From assembly GCA_040219255.1 (NCBI GenBank), contig JAVJSW010000018.1, positions 15,054 to 79,053 on the forward strand: 64,000 bases of DNA. The letters are read 5' to 3'. Shown piece by piece: positions 11,919 through 21,479 of the stretch. The stretch is from Sumerlaeia bacterium (GTDB taxonomy: Bacteria; Sumerlaeota; Sumerlaeia; SLMS01; JAHLLQ01). Each line of letters starts with the position of its first letter. Within the stretch, counting starts at the first letter, position 1. A model generated the notes under the pieces. It did not search any database. It was not told where the DNA came from and saw only the letters and a list, made by a program, of their open reading frames with translations. Made by a program: the position numbers and the translations under genes.

Positions 11919-12537
11919 GGCGCTCGCCGTGGCCGTTATGGCGTTTGGCCTTGGCTCCTGCGACGGTGTCCGGGAAACGCGCGAAATCATTTTCACTGGC
12001 GATATGCACTGGTCTCCCGCGGTGAAGAATCAGGAACCGGACTCGCTCGGTATCTCGCCCACCGGGTCCTTCAACCTGATTCCGCCCCCGGGTACGGTGG
12101 CCCACGACGCCGAGATCTACACGATTTCGAACGAGCAGGCGGACGCCCTGGCCAACAAGCTGGAGAACCCCGTGCCGCTGAACGCGGAAACGCTCAAGCT
12201 CGGCCAGAAGTACTACAACGTCAGCTGCCTGCCCTGCCACGGCCAGTTCGGCATGGGCTTCGGTCCGGTCGTGATGGTGCAGAAGGGCATGCCCCAGCCA
12301 CCCTCGCTTCTCTCCGAGAAGGTCATGAACGAGTGGGGCGACGGCCGCATCTACCACGTGATCACCATGGGCCAGGCCCAGATGGCGTCCTACGCGGCGC
12401 GCGTCTCGCCCGAGCACCGCTGGATGATCGTTCATTACATTCGCGCCATGCAGCGCGCCACCCAGCCCGAGGGCGGGGCTCAAGCCTCCGCCCCGGAGGC
12501 CGAATCGGGCGAACAAGCCCCCGCCAAAGGAGGCTGA
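11896..12537 (+). CDS. actE: ACIII ActE monoheme cytochrome c lipoprotein
   Basis: Lipobox LGSC, DMHWSP, PPGTV, CLPCHG, IYHVITMG, WMIVHYIR. Confidence 0.92.
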   Translation: MKFSKWTKALAVAVMAFGLGSCDGVRETREIIFTGDMHWSPAVKNQEPDSLGISPTGSFNLIPPPGTVAHDAEIYTISNEQADALANKLENPVPLNAETLKLGQKYYNVSCLPCHGQFGMGFGPVVMVQKGMPQPPSLLSEKVMNEWGDGRIYHVITMGQAQMASYAARVSPEHRWMIVHYIRAMQRATQPEGGAQASAPEAESGEQAPAKGG

Positions 12538-12596
12538 CGGTTAGCCCGCTCTTCTTTCCCGCAACGCCAAGAAAGACTGACTGACCCAACCCGATT

Positions 12597-13895
12597 ATGT
12601 CCGCTCACGCTGTGAAATTCCAAAAGATCGAGAACCCAGGTCCGGTGCCGCTTTCCGCGGCGGTGACGCTGGGGGCGCTGGTGGCGGCCGTCGCTGGCGG
12701 CGTGCTCTGGTTCCTCTGCACCGGCGCCAATCCGCTCGGCGGCTATCAGGCCCTGCTGCTCCACTACATGCTGTTCATGATGCTGGCTCTAGGCGGCGTG
12801 GTCTTCGCCGCGATCCAGTACGTGGCCAGCGCCCGCTGGAGCATCGTCGTCCGCCGCCTGGCGGAAGGCATGGCGGCGTTCCTGCCCATCGCCTTTCTCG
12901 TCTTCCTGCTCCTGTGGGCCATGGGCGGCGAGACGCTCTATCACTCGGAGGTCGTCCGCGATGTGATGACCAAGCAGGTCGGCGTGGCGGGCGAAATCAC
13001 CGGCGCCACGGAAGTCGAGGTGGTGCGCCCCGACTTCGCCCACGAACTGCACCATTCCAAGGCCGTTTACCTGAGCCACAACGCGATGCTCATCAAGGGG
13101 ATCGTCTATTATGCGATCTGGCTGGCGATGGCCTTCGTCATGATCAAGGTGAACTCCGTCGATCAGGACAAGAAGAAGGACCCGGCGGCGCACAACCGGA
13201 ACAAAAAGCTTTCCATCGCGTTCCTGATTCTGTTCGCGGCGACGTTCTCGCTGCACAGTCTGGACATGCTCTCGGCGCTCGAAGCGCGGTTCTTCTCGAC
13301 GATGTTCGGCGTGTACACGTTCGCGGGGCTTTTCCTCAGCACGCTGGCCGTTCTCACCATGCTGACGCACTATATGCGCCGCCGCAGCCCCGCCGTGCGC
13401 GAGGTCATCCAGGAGCGCCACATCTACGACCTGGGAACCTGGATGATGGCGTTCTCGGTCTTCATGATCTACATCGGCTTCTCGCAGTACATGCTGATCT
13501 GGTACGCGAACCTGCCGGAAGAAACCTTCTACATGATCCACCGGACGCAGAACGGCTGGGAGTACGTCTTCGCCCTGCTGCCGTTCCTCAAGTGGTTCAT
13601 TCCCTTCGCCGTGCTGATGCCCCAGCCCTTTCGCGCCAATCCGAAGATTCAGATCATCGTGGCGCTGGCGATCCTGACGGGCCAGTGGTTCGATCTCTAC
13701 TGGATGATTTATCCGGTCTTCAGCAAGGCCGGCCCCTTCATGACGGGTGCGGCGGGCATGGGCGCGCTGCTCGGCTCGTTCCTTGCACTTTTCGGTTTGT
13801 TCGCCCTGGCGACGGGCTTTTTCTTCAAGACCACGTCGCCCCTGGCCGTGGGCGACCCGCACATTCTTTCCAGCGCGAACGGGAGTTATCTCTAA
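12597..13895 (+). CDS. actF: ACIII ActF membrane subunit
   Basis: WSIVVRRLAE, FFSTMFGVY, DLGTWM, FSQYMLIWYANLPEE, DLYW. Confidence 0.93.
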   Translation: MSAHAVKFQKIENPGPVPLSAAVTLGALVAAVAGGVLWFLCTGANPLGGYQALLLHYMLFMMLALGGVVFAAIQYVASARWSIVVRRLAEGMAAFLPIAFLVFLLLWAMGGETLYHSEVVRDVMTKQVGVAGEITGATEVEVVRPDFAHELHHSKAVYLSHNAMLIKGIVYYAIWLAMAFVMIKVNSVDQDKKKDPAAHNRNKKLSIAFLILFAATFSLHSLDMLSALEARFFSTMFGVYTFAGLFLSTLAVLTMLTHYMRRRSPAVREVIQERHIYDLGTWMMAFSVFMIYIGFSQYMLIWYANLPEETFYMIHRTQNGWEYVFALLPFLKWFIPFAVLMPQPFRANPKIQIIVALAILTGQWFDLYWMIYPVFSKAGPFMTGAAGMGALLGSFLALFGLFALATGFFFKTTSPLAVGDPHILSSANGSYL

Positions 13896-13896
13896 C

Positions 13897-14568
13897 ATGT
13901 CACAGCACGGAGCAGGCGAGCGCGAAGCCACCAGCGTTTGGGCCTATGTACCCATGGCGGTCATCGGTATCGTCCTGGTGGCCTGGGTTTTCGCCACAGG
14001 CTATCTGCGTGGCGCGCATCAGGGCGCCCAGACGCCGGTCGATCCCAACGTTCTTCCCAAAGACAACAAACCGGCCGTGAACGTGCGGGCCCTGGCACAG
14101 CCGGATGAAGAGTTGCTCAAGGAACTCTCCCGCGAGGGCAAGGTGCTCTACGAAGTGAACTGCGCCTCCTGCCACGGCAAGGAAGGCTACGGCGACGGCG
14201 ATAAGGGCGTTGGCTTGAATCCGCCGGTGCGCAACTTCCACGAGAGCAATCCGGCCGCCTGGACGAACGGCAAGTCCTTCGCCGCGTTGTGGAAGACCCT
14301 TCACGAGGGCGCCAACGGCTCGATGTCCAATTACCGCCACCTTCCGGAAGACGACCGGGTTGCCATCGTCCACTATATGTCGAAGTGGATCCCCGAGCAG
14401 CCGGAGTTGACGGAAGACGACCTGGCGAGCCTGCCGACGGGCCGCGAAGCGGGTGCCGGCACCGTTGCCCCGATGGAAGCGCCAGAGCCGCCGCCGGTCG
14501 AAATCGGTGTGGCGATGAAATTGCTCTTGGAAGAGCGCGGCACCGAACCGGCTCGTTCGGTCCAGTAA
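13897..14568 (+). CDS. Membrane-anchored monoheme cytochrome c between ACIII and the oxidase
   Basis: ATG 1 nt after the actF stop; one N-terminal TM; CASCHG; LNPPVRNF; GSM axial Met region. Confidence 0.88.
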   Translation: MSQHGAGEREATSVWAYVPMAVIGIVLVAWVFATGYLRGAHQGAQTPVDPNVLPKDNKPAVNVRALAQPDEELLKELSREGKVLYEVNCASCHGKEGYGDGDKGVGLNPPVRNFHESNPAAWTNGKSFAALWKTLHEGANGSMSNYRHLPEDDRVAIVHYMSKWIPEQPELTEDDLASLPTGREAGAGTVAPMEAPEPPPVEIGVAMKLLLEERGTEPARSVQ

Positions 14569-14636
14569 GTTGGAAAAAACCCCTGCGAGAGTAGGAAATC
14601 AAAAATTCCTTGCATGGCAAATGCTCATCATGAAGT

Positions 14637-14654
14637 TTGTGAATGATTTCACAG
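14637..14654. promoter_or_regulatory. Rex-type (or CRP-type) operator immediately upstream of the coxB RBS
   Basis: TTGTGAATGATTTCACAG: 1 mismatch to the Rex consensus and a perfect TGTGA-N6-TCACA, in an AT-rich gap. Confidence 0.7.
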
Positions 14655-14665
14655 GGAGGTCGCCC

Positions 14666-15577
14666 TTGGGACGGCACTGCACTGTTCACCTGAAGACGAT
14701 TTTGACCTTGGGCCTGCTCTGCGTGGCGTCCGGGGCGTACGCGCAAGCCGGACCCGGCTTGGACGATCCGATCACCAACTGGATCAACGAGCCGGTGACT
14801 TCGATCGCCCGCGAGGTTCGTAACAACTTCTGGTTCCTGACGCTGATGTTCGCGCCGTTCCTGATCATCCCCCAGTTGGTCCTGCTGATCGGCATTTTCA
14901 AGTTCAAGGACTCGGCGAACCGCAAGCCCGCCACCTTCCACGAGAACGTGCCGCTGGAAATCGCCTGGACCGCCATCCCGGCGCTCGTGCTGGTGGTGAC
15001 GGCGGTGTCGAGTTTCCCGCTGATCAAGAAGATCGAAACGCCACCCCCCGCGGATGTGCGCATCGAAGTGATCGGGCACCAGTTCTTCTGGGAGTACCGC
15101 TATCCGGAATACGGCATCGCGATGTCGAACGAACCCCTCGTTCTGCCCAAGGGCGAGAACATCGTGGCGGACCTGACGAGCGTGGATGTGAACCATGCCT
15201 TCTGGGTTCCGGCCTTCGGTGTAAAAATGGACTGCGTTCCGGGCCGGATCAATCAGATTTGGTGGAATGTGGAGAAGACGGGCTGGTACAAAGGGCAATG
15301 CGCCGAACTGTGCGGCGCGCTGCACGCGGCGATGCTGCTGGATGTTCACGTGGTCGAGCCGGCGGAGTTTGAAGCCTGGATCGATGCGAAGCTGGCCGAA
15401 CTGAACGGCGAACCGGGGGACGCGGCGGGCGCCGGCGAGTCCATCGCGGAGCAGGCCGACATCGACGACGCCGAGAACCAGGAAGCGGACCCGATCCGCC
15501 GCGAGGTCGATTTCATCAATCCGCCTCTGGACGAGCAGGGCCGGGCGACGGATGCCGCCACGGAAACCACCGAATAA
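14666..15577 (+). CDS. coxB: Cytochrome c oxidase subunit II (CuA; no fused heme c)
   Basis: GGAGGT RBS then TTG at 14666; signal peptide; LEIAWT, FFWEYRY, DVNHAFWVP, CAELCGALHAAM. Confidence 0.95.
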   Translation: MGRHCTVHLKTILTLGLLCVASGAYAQAGPGLDDPITNWINEPVTSIAREVRNNFWFLTLMFAPFLIIPQLVLLIGIFKFKDSANRKPATFHENVPLEIAWTAIPALVLVVTAVSSFPLIKKIETPPPADVRIEVIGHQFFWEYRYPEYGIAMSNEPLVLPKGENIVADLTSVDVNHAFWVPAFGVKMDCVPGRINQIWWNVEKTGWYKGQCAELCGALHAAMLLDVHVVEPAEFEAWIDAKLAELNGEPGDAAGAGESIAEQADIDDAENQEADPIRREVDFINPPLDEQGRATDAATETTE

Positions 15578-15631
15578 TCGACGACTGACCTTTAGATTTT
15601 TTTGACGTTTGAGAAGGGGGGACTCGCCGAA

Positions 15632-17290
15632 GTGTCCGCACTGATTGAAGAACCGAAATCCAAGCCGAGTGCCGACGAGAAAGGCACTCCGGCTCCCCAT
15701 TTCCCCGAGCATCCGCTCAAGCCCCAACGCAATTACGGGGCGTTTTTGAACACGCTCGGCTCGACGGACCACAAAGTCCTCGGCATCCTGTACCTGGTGT
15801 TCGCACTGGCGGCGGGTATTCTGGGCGGAGCGTTCGCCGGTGTGATCCGCGCCCAGTTGACCTCCAGCAATCTGGAGGTGGTGTCGCCGGAAGTGTACAA
15901 CATGATGGTGACGATGCACGCCTCGGTGATGATCTTTTTCGTGATCATCCCGGCGATGGCGGGCTTCGGCAATTACCTGGTGCCGCTGATGATCGGGGCG
16001 CGCGACATGGCGTTCCCCCGCATGAACGCGTTCAGCTTCTGGATCCTGATCCCGGCGGCGATCCTGGCGCTGGGCAGCTTCTTCGTGGAAGGCGGCGCCG
16101 CCCAGGCGGGCTGGACCGCCTATCCGCCCCTGTCGCTGAAAGAATACAGCGGTGGCCCGGGCGTGGACATGTGGGTCCTGGCGGTTCACCTGGCGGGTAT
16201 TTCCTCGATCACCGGCGCGATCAACTTCATCGTGACGATCTTCAACATGCGCTGCCCCGGCATGAGCCTGATGAAGATGCCGCTGTTCGTCTGGACCTGG
16301 CTGGTCAACGCCTGGATGATCCTGGTGGGCACGCCGGTTCTGGCGGGCGCGGTGACGATGATTCTGACGGACCGCGCGTTCGGCACGAATTTCTTCAAGC
16401 CCGCTTCCGGTGGCGATCCGGTGCTCTATCAGCACCTGTTCTGGTTCTACTCACACCCGGCGGTGTACATCATGGTGCTGCCCGGCTTCGGCATTATCAG
16501 CCACGTGCTCGCGTCCTTTTCGCGCAAACGCATCTTCGGTTACGTGGGCATGGTGTGGGCCATCGCGCTGATCGGCGTGATCGGGTTCCTGGTGTGGGGC
16601 CACCATATGTTCAGCGCCGGCATTTCGCCGAGCCTGCGCCTCTACTTCTCGTTCATGACGATGCTGATCGCGTTGCCCACGGGCATCAAGATTTTCTCCT
16701 GGCTGGCGACCATGTGGGGCGGCACGATCCGCTTCACGGCGGCCATGAAGTTCGCCTTCGGCTTCGTGTCCCTGTTCACCATCGGTGGATTCGGCGGCCT
16801 CTACCTGGCCAACGTGCCGTTCGACATTCAGGTTCACGACTCCTACTTCGTGGTCGGTCACTTCCACTACGTGCTGGTGGGCGGGTCGATCATGGCGATG
16901 TTCGCGGGCGCTTACTTCTTCTTTCCGAAGATGGCGGGCCGTTTCCTGGACGAGAAGCTCGGTAACCTGGTCTTCTGGCTCTGGTTCATTGGCGTGAACG
17001 TGACGTTCCTGCCGATGCACCTGCTGGGAGTGATGGGCATGGCGCGGCGCATTTGGCAGTACCGCCCCGAATTCGAGGCACTGAACGCCGTCGTGTCCCT
17101 GGGCTATGTCTTCATGGCGGCGGCGGGGGTGATCTTCGTGTACTCGATCGTGAAGGCCCTGCGCCAGCCGCGGATCGATCCCTCGATCCAGGATCCATGG
17201 CACATCAACGACGTGCAGCAAACCTTGATTTGGGCCGTTCCAAGCCCTCCGCCCGCCTACAACTTCGACAAGATTCCTGTCATCAAGTAG
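15632..17290 (+). CDS. coxA: Cytochrome c oxidase subunit I, family A2
   Basis: TDHK, DMAFPRMN, WFYSHPAVY (A2 YS motif), WGHHM, PTGIKIF, GHFHY. Confidence 0.97.
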   Translation: MSALIEEPKSKPSADEKGTPAPHFPEHPLKPQRNYGAFLNTLGSTDHKVLGILYLVFALAAGILGGAFAGVIRAQLTSSNLEVVSPEVYNMMVTMHASVMIFFVIIPAMAGFGNYLVPLMIGARDMAFPRMNAFSFWILIPAAILALGSFFVEGGAAQAGWTAYPPLSLKEYSGGPGVDMWVLAVHLAGISSITGAINFIVTIFNMRCPGMSLMKMPLFVWTWLVNAWMILVGTPVLAGAVTMILTDRAFGTNFFKPASGGDPVLYQHLFWFYSHPAVYIMVLPGFGIISHVLASFSRKRIFGYVGMVWAIALIGVIGFLVWGHHMFSAGISPSLRLYFSFMTMLIALPTGIKIFSWLATMWGGTIRFTAAMKFAFGFVSLFTIGGFGGLYLANVPFDIQVHDSYFVVGHFHYVLVGGSIMAMFAGAYFFFPKMAGRFLDEKLGNLVFWLWFIGVNVTFLPMHLLGVMGMARRIWQYRPEFEALNAVVSLGYVFMAAAGVIFVYSIVKALRQPRIDPSIQDPWHINDVQQTLIWAVPSPPPAYNFDKIPVIK

Positions 17291-17323
17291 GCCGGAGCAC
17301 ACCCCCCGACGGAAGGTCGTATC

Positions 17324-18580
17324 GTGGCCGATTCCAGTGCCAACAAGAGCGATTCTGTGCGGGAGACCTCCCTGGCCGGGGAGGTCTCCGCCATGTCAGA
17401 GAACCCATCGGCGCAGTCTGTGGACAGCCCCGGTCCGAAACCCTGGAATCGCCGGGAGCTGGCGGCGCTGATTCTTCTGCGCGGCCTGATCGTGTGGGTG
17501 TTCCTGCTGATGTGCGCCGGGGGACTGGTGCGCCTCACCGGTTCGGGCATGTCCATTCCTGACTGGCCAATCATCACTTATGGCCCCGAACACCATTCGA
17601 TCCTTCCCCCCTTCACCGATACCGGTTGGCAAACCGCCTACGACACTTATCACCGGGAAGTGATCCACAAGAAAAACCCGGGCGTGTTCCTGACGATGGA
17701 GCGCTTTCAGCGCGAGTTCTGGACCGAGTACGCGCACCGTGCCCTCGCCAAGACCTTCGCTTTGGGATACCTTGTGCTGCTGAGCCTGACATTCACGAGC
17801 CGGCGCCTGACCCGAATGATGGGGTCGTTCCTTCTCGCGTCGGGACTGGTGCTGGTGGCGCAGGCGATCCTGGGTGGGCTGGTCGTACTGAGCCACACGC
17901 AGCCGCTGAAGGTGGCGATTCATCTGACGACGGCCTTTCTTTTTTCCGCGTTGCTTCTGTGGGCGACGCTGCGGACGACGCGAATGTTTCCCGCCAAGGT
18001 TTCCAAGCCCCCTCGGGTGGCTTTCTGGGCCTATGTGGCGGTCGCGATCACGCTGGCTCAGGTGTTCAGCGGCGGCCTGATGGCCAAAGCGCGGGCCTAC
18101 GAAGTGGCGCCGACCTGGCCAAAGATGTTCGATACCTGGATGCCGGTGCACGCGATGTGGACGGAAGGGTATTCGCACCCGCTTCTGAACCTGGTGCAGA
18201 ACGAGGTGCTGATCAATTTCACCCATCGCTGGTTGTCGTTCGTGGTGGTGTTTCTGGTGATCGCGCTGATCGCGAGGACGATGACGATGCCGTATTCGCG
18301 GTTGGGACGGATTTCGCTGCGGGCTCTGGGGACGGTGCTGACGCTGCAAATGGTTCTCGGGGTCATGGCGCTCATCAATCTGGTGCCGCTGCCTCTCGGT
18401 CTGCTGCACTTGGCGACGGGCCTGATGCTGTTCTGGCTTCTCGTAACCCTGGCGTTCGAATTGCGCCACAGTCCCGCCATCGCCGCGCACGAGGCCAACC
18501 GCTTCGCCGCGCGGGCCAAACACTCCGCCACAGCGGAGGCGACGAACTTGGAGAGAACTTTTGAAGCCCACCCCGCGTGA
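17324..18580 (+). CDS. ctaA: Heme A synthase, COX15/type 2
   Basis: GGLVRLTGSGMSIPDWP, EFWTEYAHR, FTHRW; four conserved His; start may be 17393. Confidence 0.9.
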   Translation: MADSSANKSDSVRETSLAGEVSAMSENPSAQSVDSPGPKPWNRRELAALILLRGLIVWVFLLMCAGGLVRLTGSGMSIPDWPIITYGPEHHSILPPFTDTGWQTAYDTYHREVIHKKNPGVFLTMERFQREFWTEYAHRALAKTFALGYLVLLSLTFTSRRLTRMMGSFLLASGLVLVAQAILGGLVVLSHTQPLKVAIHLTTAFLFSALLLWATLRTTRMFPAKVSKPPRVAFWAYVAVAITLAQVFSGGLMAKARAYEVAPTWPKMFDTWMPVHAMWTEGYSHPLLNLVQNEVLINFTHRWLSFVVVFLVIALIARTMTMPYSRLGRISLRALGTVLTLQMVLGVMALINLVPLPLGLLHLATGLMLFWLLVTLAFELRHSPAIAAHEANRFAARAKHSATAEATNLERTFEAHPA

Positions 18581-19445
18581 TTTTCTGCAACTGACCAAGC
18601 CCACCATCATGCTGCTGGTGCTGCTGACGGGCGCTTCCGCGCTGATGGTCGAGGGATCGATGATGTCCGATCCGCTCGGCTTTCTGCTGGTGCTCCTCGG
18701 CCTGTTCGCAACGGGCGGCTGCGCCAACGCCCTGAACCAGTATTTCGAGCGCGACATCGACGCGCAAATGGAGCGCACGGCGAAGAAGCGTCCTCTGCCA
18801 AGCGGACGAATCTCTCCGGGAGCCGCGCTCGTGTTCACGATTTGCCTCGGCATTTTCGGAGTGGTGCTGTTCGCGGTGGCCTTCAATTGGGCCAGCGCGG
18901 CGCTGGCGCTGGCAACGGTTCTGTTCTACGGGTTTTTCTACACGCTGTACCTCAAGCCCAGGACGCACTTCAACATTGTGATCGGCGGAGCCGCTGGCGC
19001 CATGGCGCCTCCCATCGCCTGGGCCGCGGCCACCGGTTCGGTGGCCGCGGTGGCGCCCTGGGTGATGTTCGCGATTATCTTCTTCTGGACGCCGCCCCAC
19101 TTCTGGGCGCTGGCCTACTGCCTGCGCGATCAGTACAAAAAGGTCGATTACCCGATGCTGCCGGTGGTCAAAGGCGGTCCCGAAACGCTGCGCCAGATCG
19201 TGATGTACACGGTGCTTCTGATCGCGATCACGCTCCTGATGCCGCTAAGCCAGGTCGGCGTGATCTACATCGCTTTGGCCGTGGTGCTGGGCGCGGTCTT
19301 CCTCATGCTGGCGCTCAAGGTCCGCTCGACTGGCGAAATCCGCGACTCCTGGGGTCTTTTCGGTTACTCGATCGTTTACCTGCTGGTGCTGTTCACCGGG
19401 ATCATGGTGGACGCGGCGCTGACTTACCAGCCCTGGAAGGGCTAA
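18561..19445 (+). CDS. ctaB: Protoheme IX farnesyltransferase (heme O synthase)
   Basis: LTKP, NQYFERDIDAQMERTAKKRPLPSG, WTPPHFWALA. Confidence 0.96.
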   Translation: MKPTPRDFLQLTKPTIMLLVLLTGASALMVEGSMMSDPLGFLLVLLGLFATGGCANALNQYFERDIDAQMERTAKKRPLPSGRISPGAALVFTICLGIFGVVLFAVAFNWASAALALATVLFYGFFYTLYLKPRTHFNIVIGGAAGAMAPPIAWAAATGSVAAVAPWVMFAIIFFWTPPHFWALAYCLRDQYKKVDYPMLPVVKGGPETLRQIVMYTVLLIAITLLMPLSQVGVIYIALAVVLGAVFLMLALKVRSTGEIRDSWGLFGYSIVYLLVLFTGIMVDAALTYQPWKG

Positions 19446-19481
19446 CCCTCGTTCGACGTTTGTCTTGGGAAGGAGGCCGCC

Positions 19482-20141
19482 ATGTCGGCCATACACGATG
19501 AATTCCGCGAGAGCGCTCCGGAACCGGACCCCTTCGAGCCGGAGGAGAAGTCCCCTTCGGAAACGAACAAGCCGTTCCTGATCCTGCTGGTCGTCATCGG
19601 CATCGGGATGTTCGGGTTCGCGTTCGCCAATGTACCGTTGTTCCAGATGGTTTGCGGGGCCCTGGGTTTTGGCTTGAACCCGAACAACGAATCGGTGGCG
19701 GCGGGAACGGGCGTCAGCGAACGGACCACGGAAGTCCTCTTCATGGGCAATGTGGCCGATAAACTGCCGATCGCTTTCAAACCGCTCGACAGCCTGAAAA
19801 CGGTGCGCCTGGGCGAGGAAGCCCTGGTCGACTATCAGTTCATCAACCTGAGCGACGAACCGGTTTACTTCAAGGCGGTGCATACGATCCGCCCGACCAA
19901 GGCGGACCCGCACATCGGCCTGAGCCAATGCTTCTGCTTCGACCACCAGATGCTCCAACCCAAGCAGGTGGCCAACCTGCCGGTGGTTTTCCGCATCAGC
20001 CCGGAACTGGGCGAGGACGTCCACAACCTGACGTTCAACTACACCCTCTTCAAGCTCGATCCCTCGGAGTACAACCCGCAGGGCGACGTGAAGAAGCAGG
20101 GTTACCTGAACGATGAGACGAACGAAGGCGGAACGCCATGA
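19482..20141 (+). CDS. ctaG: Cox11-type copper chaperone for cytochrome c oxidase
   Basis: GMFGFAFANVPLFQMVC, QCFCF, LPVVFRI, LTFNYTLF. Confidence 0.92.
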   Translation: MSAIHDEFRESAPEPDPFEPEEKSPSETNKPFLILLVVIGIGMFGFAFANVPLFQMVCGALGFGLNPNNESVAAGTGVSERTTEVLFMGNVADKLPIAFKPLDSLKTVRLGEEALVDYQFINLSDEPVYFKAVHTIRPTKADPHIGLSQCFCFDHQMLQPKQVANLPVVFRISPELGEDVHNLTFNYTLFKLDPSEYNPQGDVKKQGYLNDETNEGGTP

Positions 20142-20362
20142 GCGCGGATGGAAAACCTGCGTTGACGGATCCCCGGCAGGGGGAAATCCGCGAGGAACCG
20201 ATGGGCGAGGAACGCGAGCGGGCGCTGCTCGACGAGCAGAAGCAGCGAAATCGCAAGGCGCTGATGATCCTGGTTGCGCTGATTTTGATCCTTGGCTTGC
20301 CTGTCGGCCTCTGGCTGATGAACCATTTTTACAATCCCTACATCGCCGCCGGAGCGCATTGA
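20138..20362 (+). CDS. Small single-TM membrane protein in the cox operon
   Basis: ATGA overlap with ctaG; QKQRNRK followed by a hydrophobic helix. Confidence 0.75.
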   Translation: MSADGKPALTDPRQGEIREEPMGEERERALLDEQKQRNRKALMILVALILILGLPVGLWLMNHFYNPYIAAGAH

Positions 20363-20415
20363 TCCGAGATTCGCGCGGCTGATACGACCCGAAGGAAGAG
20401 CGACACGCCCCGACC

Positions 20416-21309
20416 ATGAGCACGACCCACGCAGCTACCGAGCAAGAGTTGCCCCCGAACGCGATGGAGGCCGAGGAGAGCCACAGTCACGGGGATCATG
20501 ACGACCACCCGCCGGAGTCCTTCAATCCGCTGCCGAGCTTCTGGCCGGCCGCTTTGTCCGCCACGCTGACGTTCCTGCCGGTCGGCGCCCTGGTGCTGCT
20601 CTGGGGCGGCCCCGAGCGCACCTGGCTCGGCATGCTGCTGGTTGGCCTGGGTGTTCTGTCTTCCCTCGTGCCGACCTTCGGTTGGTTCAACAGCGTCATC
20701 ATCGACAAGACGGAAGGCCACTTTGGCCCGGAAGCGCAGGGCTACGACCTGACCATGGGCGTGCTGCTGTTTTTCCTGTCCGAGTTGGCCGTCTTCGGCG
20801 CCCTTTTCGCCTACTTCTTCGTGCGCCTTTTCGGGCCCCACGACTTCGGCTCCGGCGTCATCGAGATGGGGCTGATGCTGCCGGCCCTCGGTACCGGTAT
20901 TCTGATGATCAGTTCGATCACCTGCGAACTAGCGCACAAAGCGCTCAAAGCCGGCCGCCGTAGCCTTTGCAAGAACTGGCTGCTGCTGACCATGGCGCTC
21001 GGCACGCTGTTCCTCGGCGTCCAGGGTTTCGAGTACGGCTATCTGATCCACCACTACGGATTCACCCTGACCTTCAGCTCGTTCTCGACCATCTTCTACG
21101 TGCTCACCGGGTTCCACGCGCTCCACGTGATGACGGGTCTCATCATGCTGATCCTGGTCTACGGCCGCACCGAAATGGGCCACTATACCAAGAAGCGCCA
21201 TGTGTCTTTCAACGCGGCTTCCTGGTACTGGCACTTCGTGGACGTGATCTGGGTCTTCCTGTTCTTGTCGGTCTACATCGTGGGCATCGAACTGGCCACG
21301 CACCACTAA
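20416..21309 (+). CDS. coxC: Cytochrome c oxidase subunit III, full-length
   Basis: PSFWP, FFLSELAVFGALF, TGFHALHV, WYWHFVDVIW. Confidence 0.95.
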   Translation: MSTTHAATEQELPPNAMEAEESHSHGDHDDHPPESFNPLPSFWPAALSATLTFLPVGALVLLWGGPERTWLGMLLVGLGVLSSLVPTFGWFNSVIIDKTEGHFGPEAQGYDLTMGVLLFFLSELAVFGALFAYFFVRLFGPHDFGSGVIEMGLMLPALGTGILMISSITCELAHKALKAGRRSLCKNWLLLTMALGTLFLGVQGFEYGYLIHHYGFTLTFSSFSTIFYVLTGFHALHVMTGLIMLILVYGRTEMGHYTKKRHVSFNAASWYWHFVDVIWVFLFLSVYIVGIELATHH

Positions 21310-21334
21310 ATCCCAAGAGTTTCCATGAAGAGTG

Positions 21335-21370
21335 GGTGGCGGCTCCGGGCGAGCCGCCCCTTTTCTTTTT
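21335..21370 (+). terminator. Rho-independent terminator after coxC
   Basis: GGCGGCTC/GAGCCGCC stem followed closely by TTTTCTTTTT. Confidence 0.8.
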
Positions 21371-21404
21371 ACCCCCCCGGTGAGGAAGCCGCACGGACCT
21401 TGCT

Positions 21405-21418
21405 ATCAACCGGTTGAT
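21405..21418. promoter_or_regulatory. Perfect 14-bp palindrome, candidate operator for the pao-like operon
   Basis: ATCAACCGGTTGAT, about 60 nt upstream of the ATG. Confidence 0.45.
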
Positions 21419-21479
21419 CCCATTGAGTGCCAGGGTGGCCCCGCGCCGCCCGCCATCCGACGCTGTCAGGAGTTTGCCG

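Noticed and set aside
14570-14665. Long CoxB N-terminus
   Set aside because: Region is AT-rich regulatory DNA with an operator; GGAGGT supports TTG 14666.
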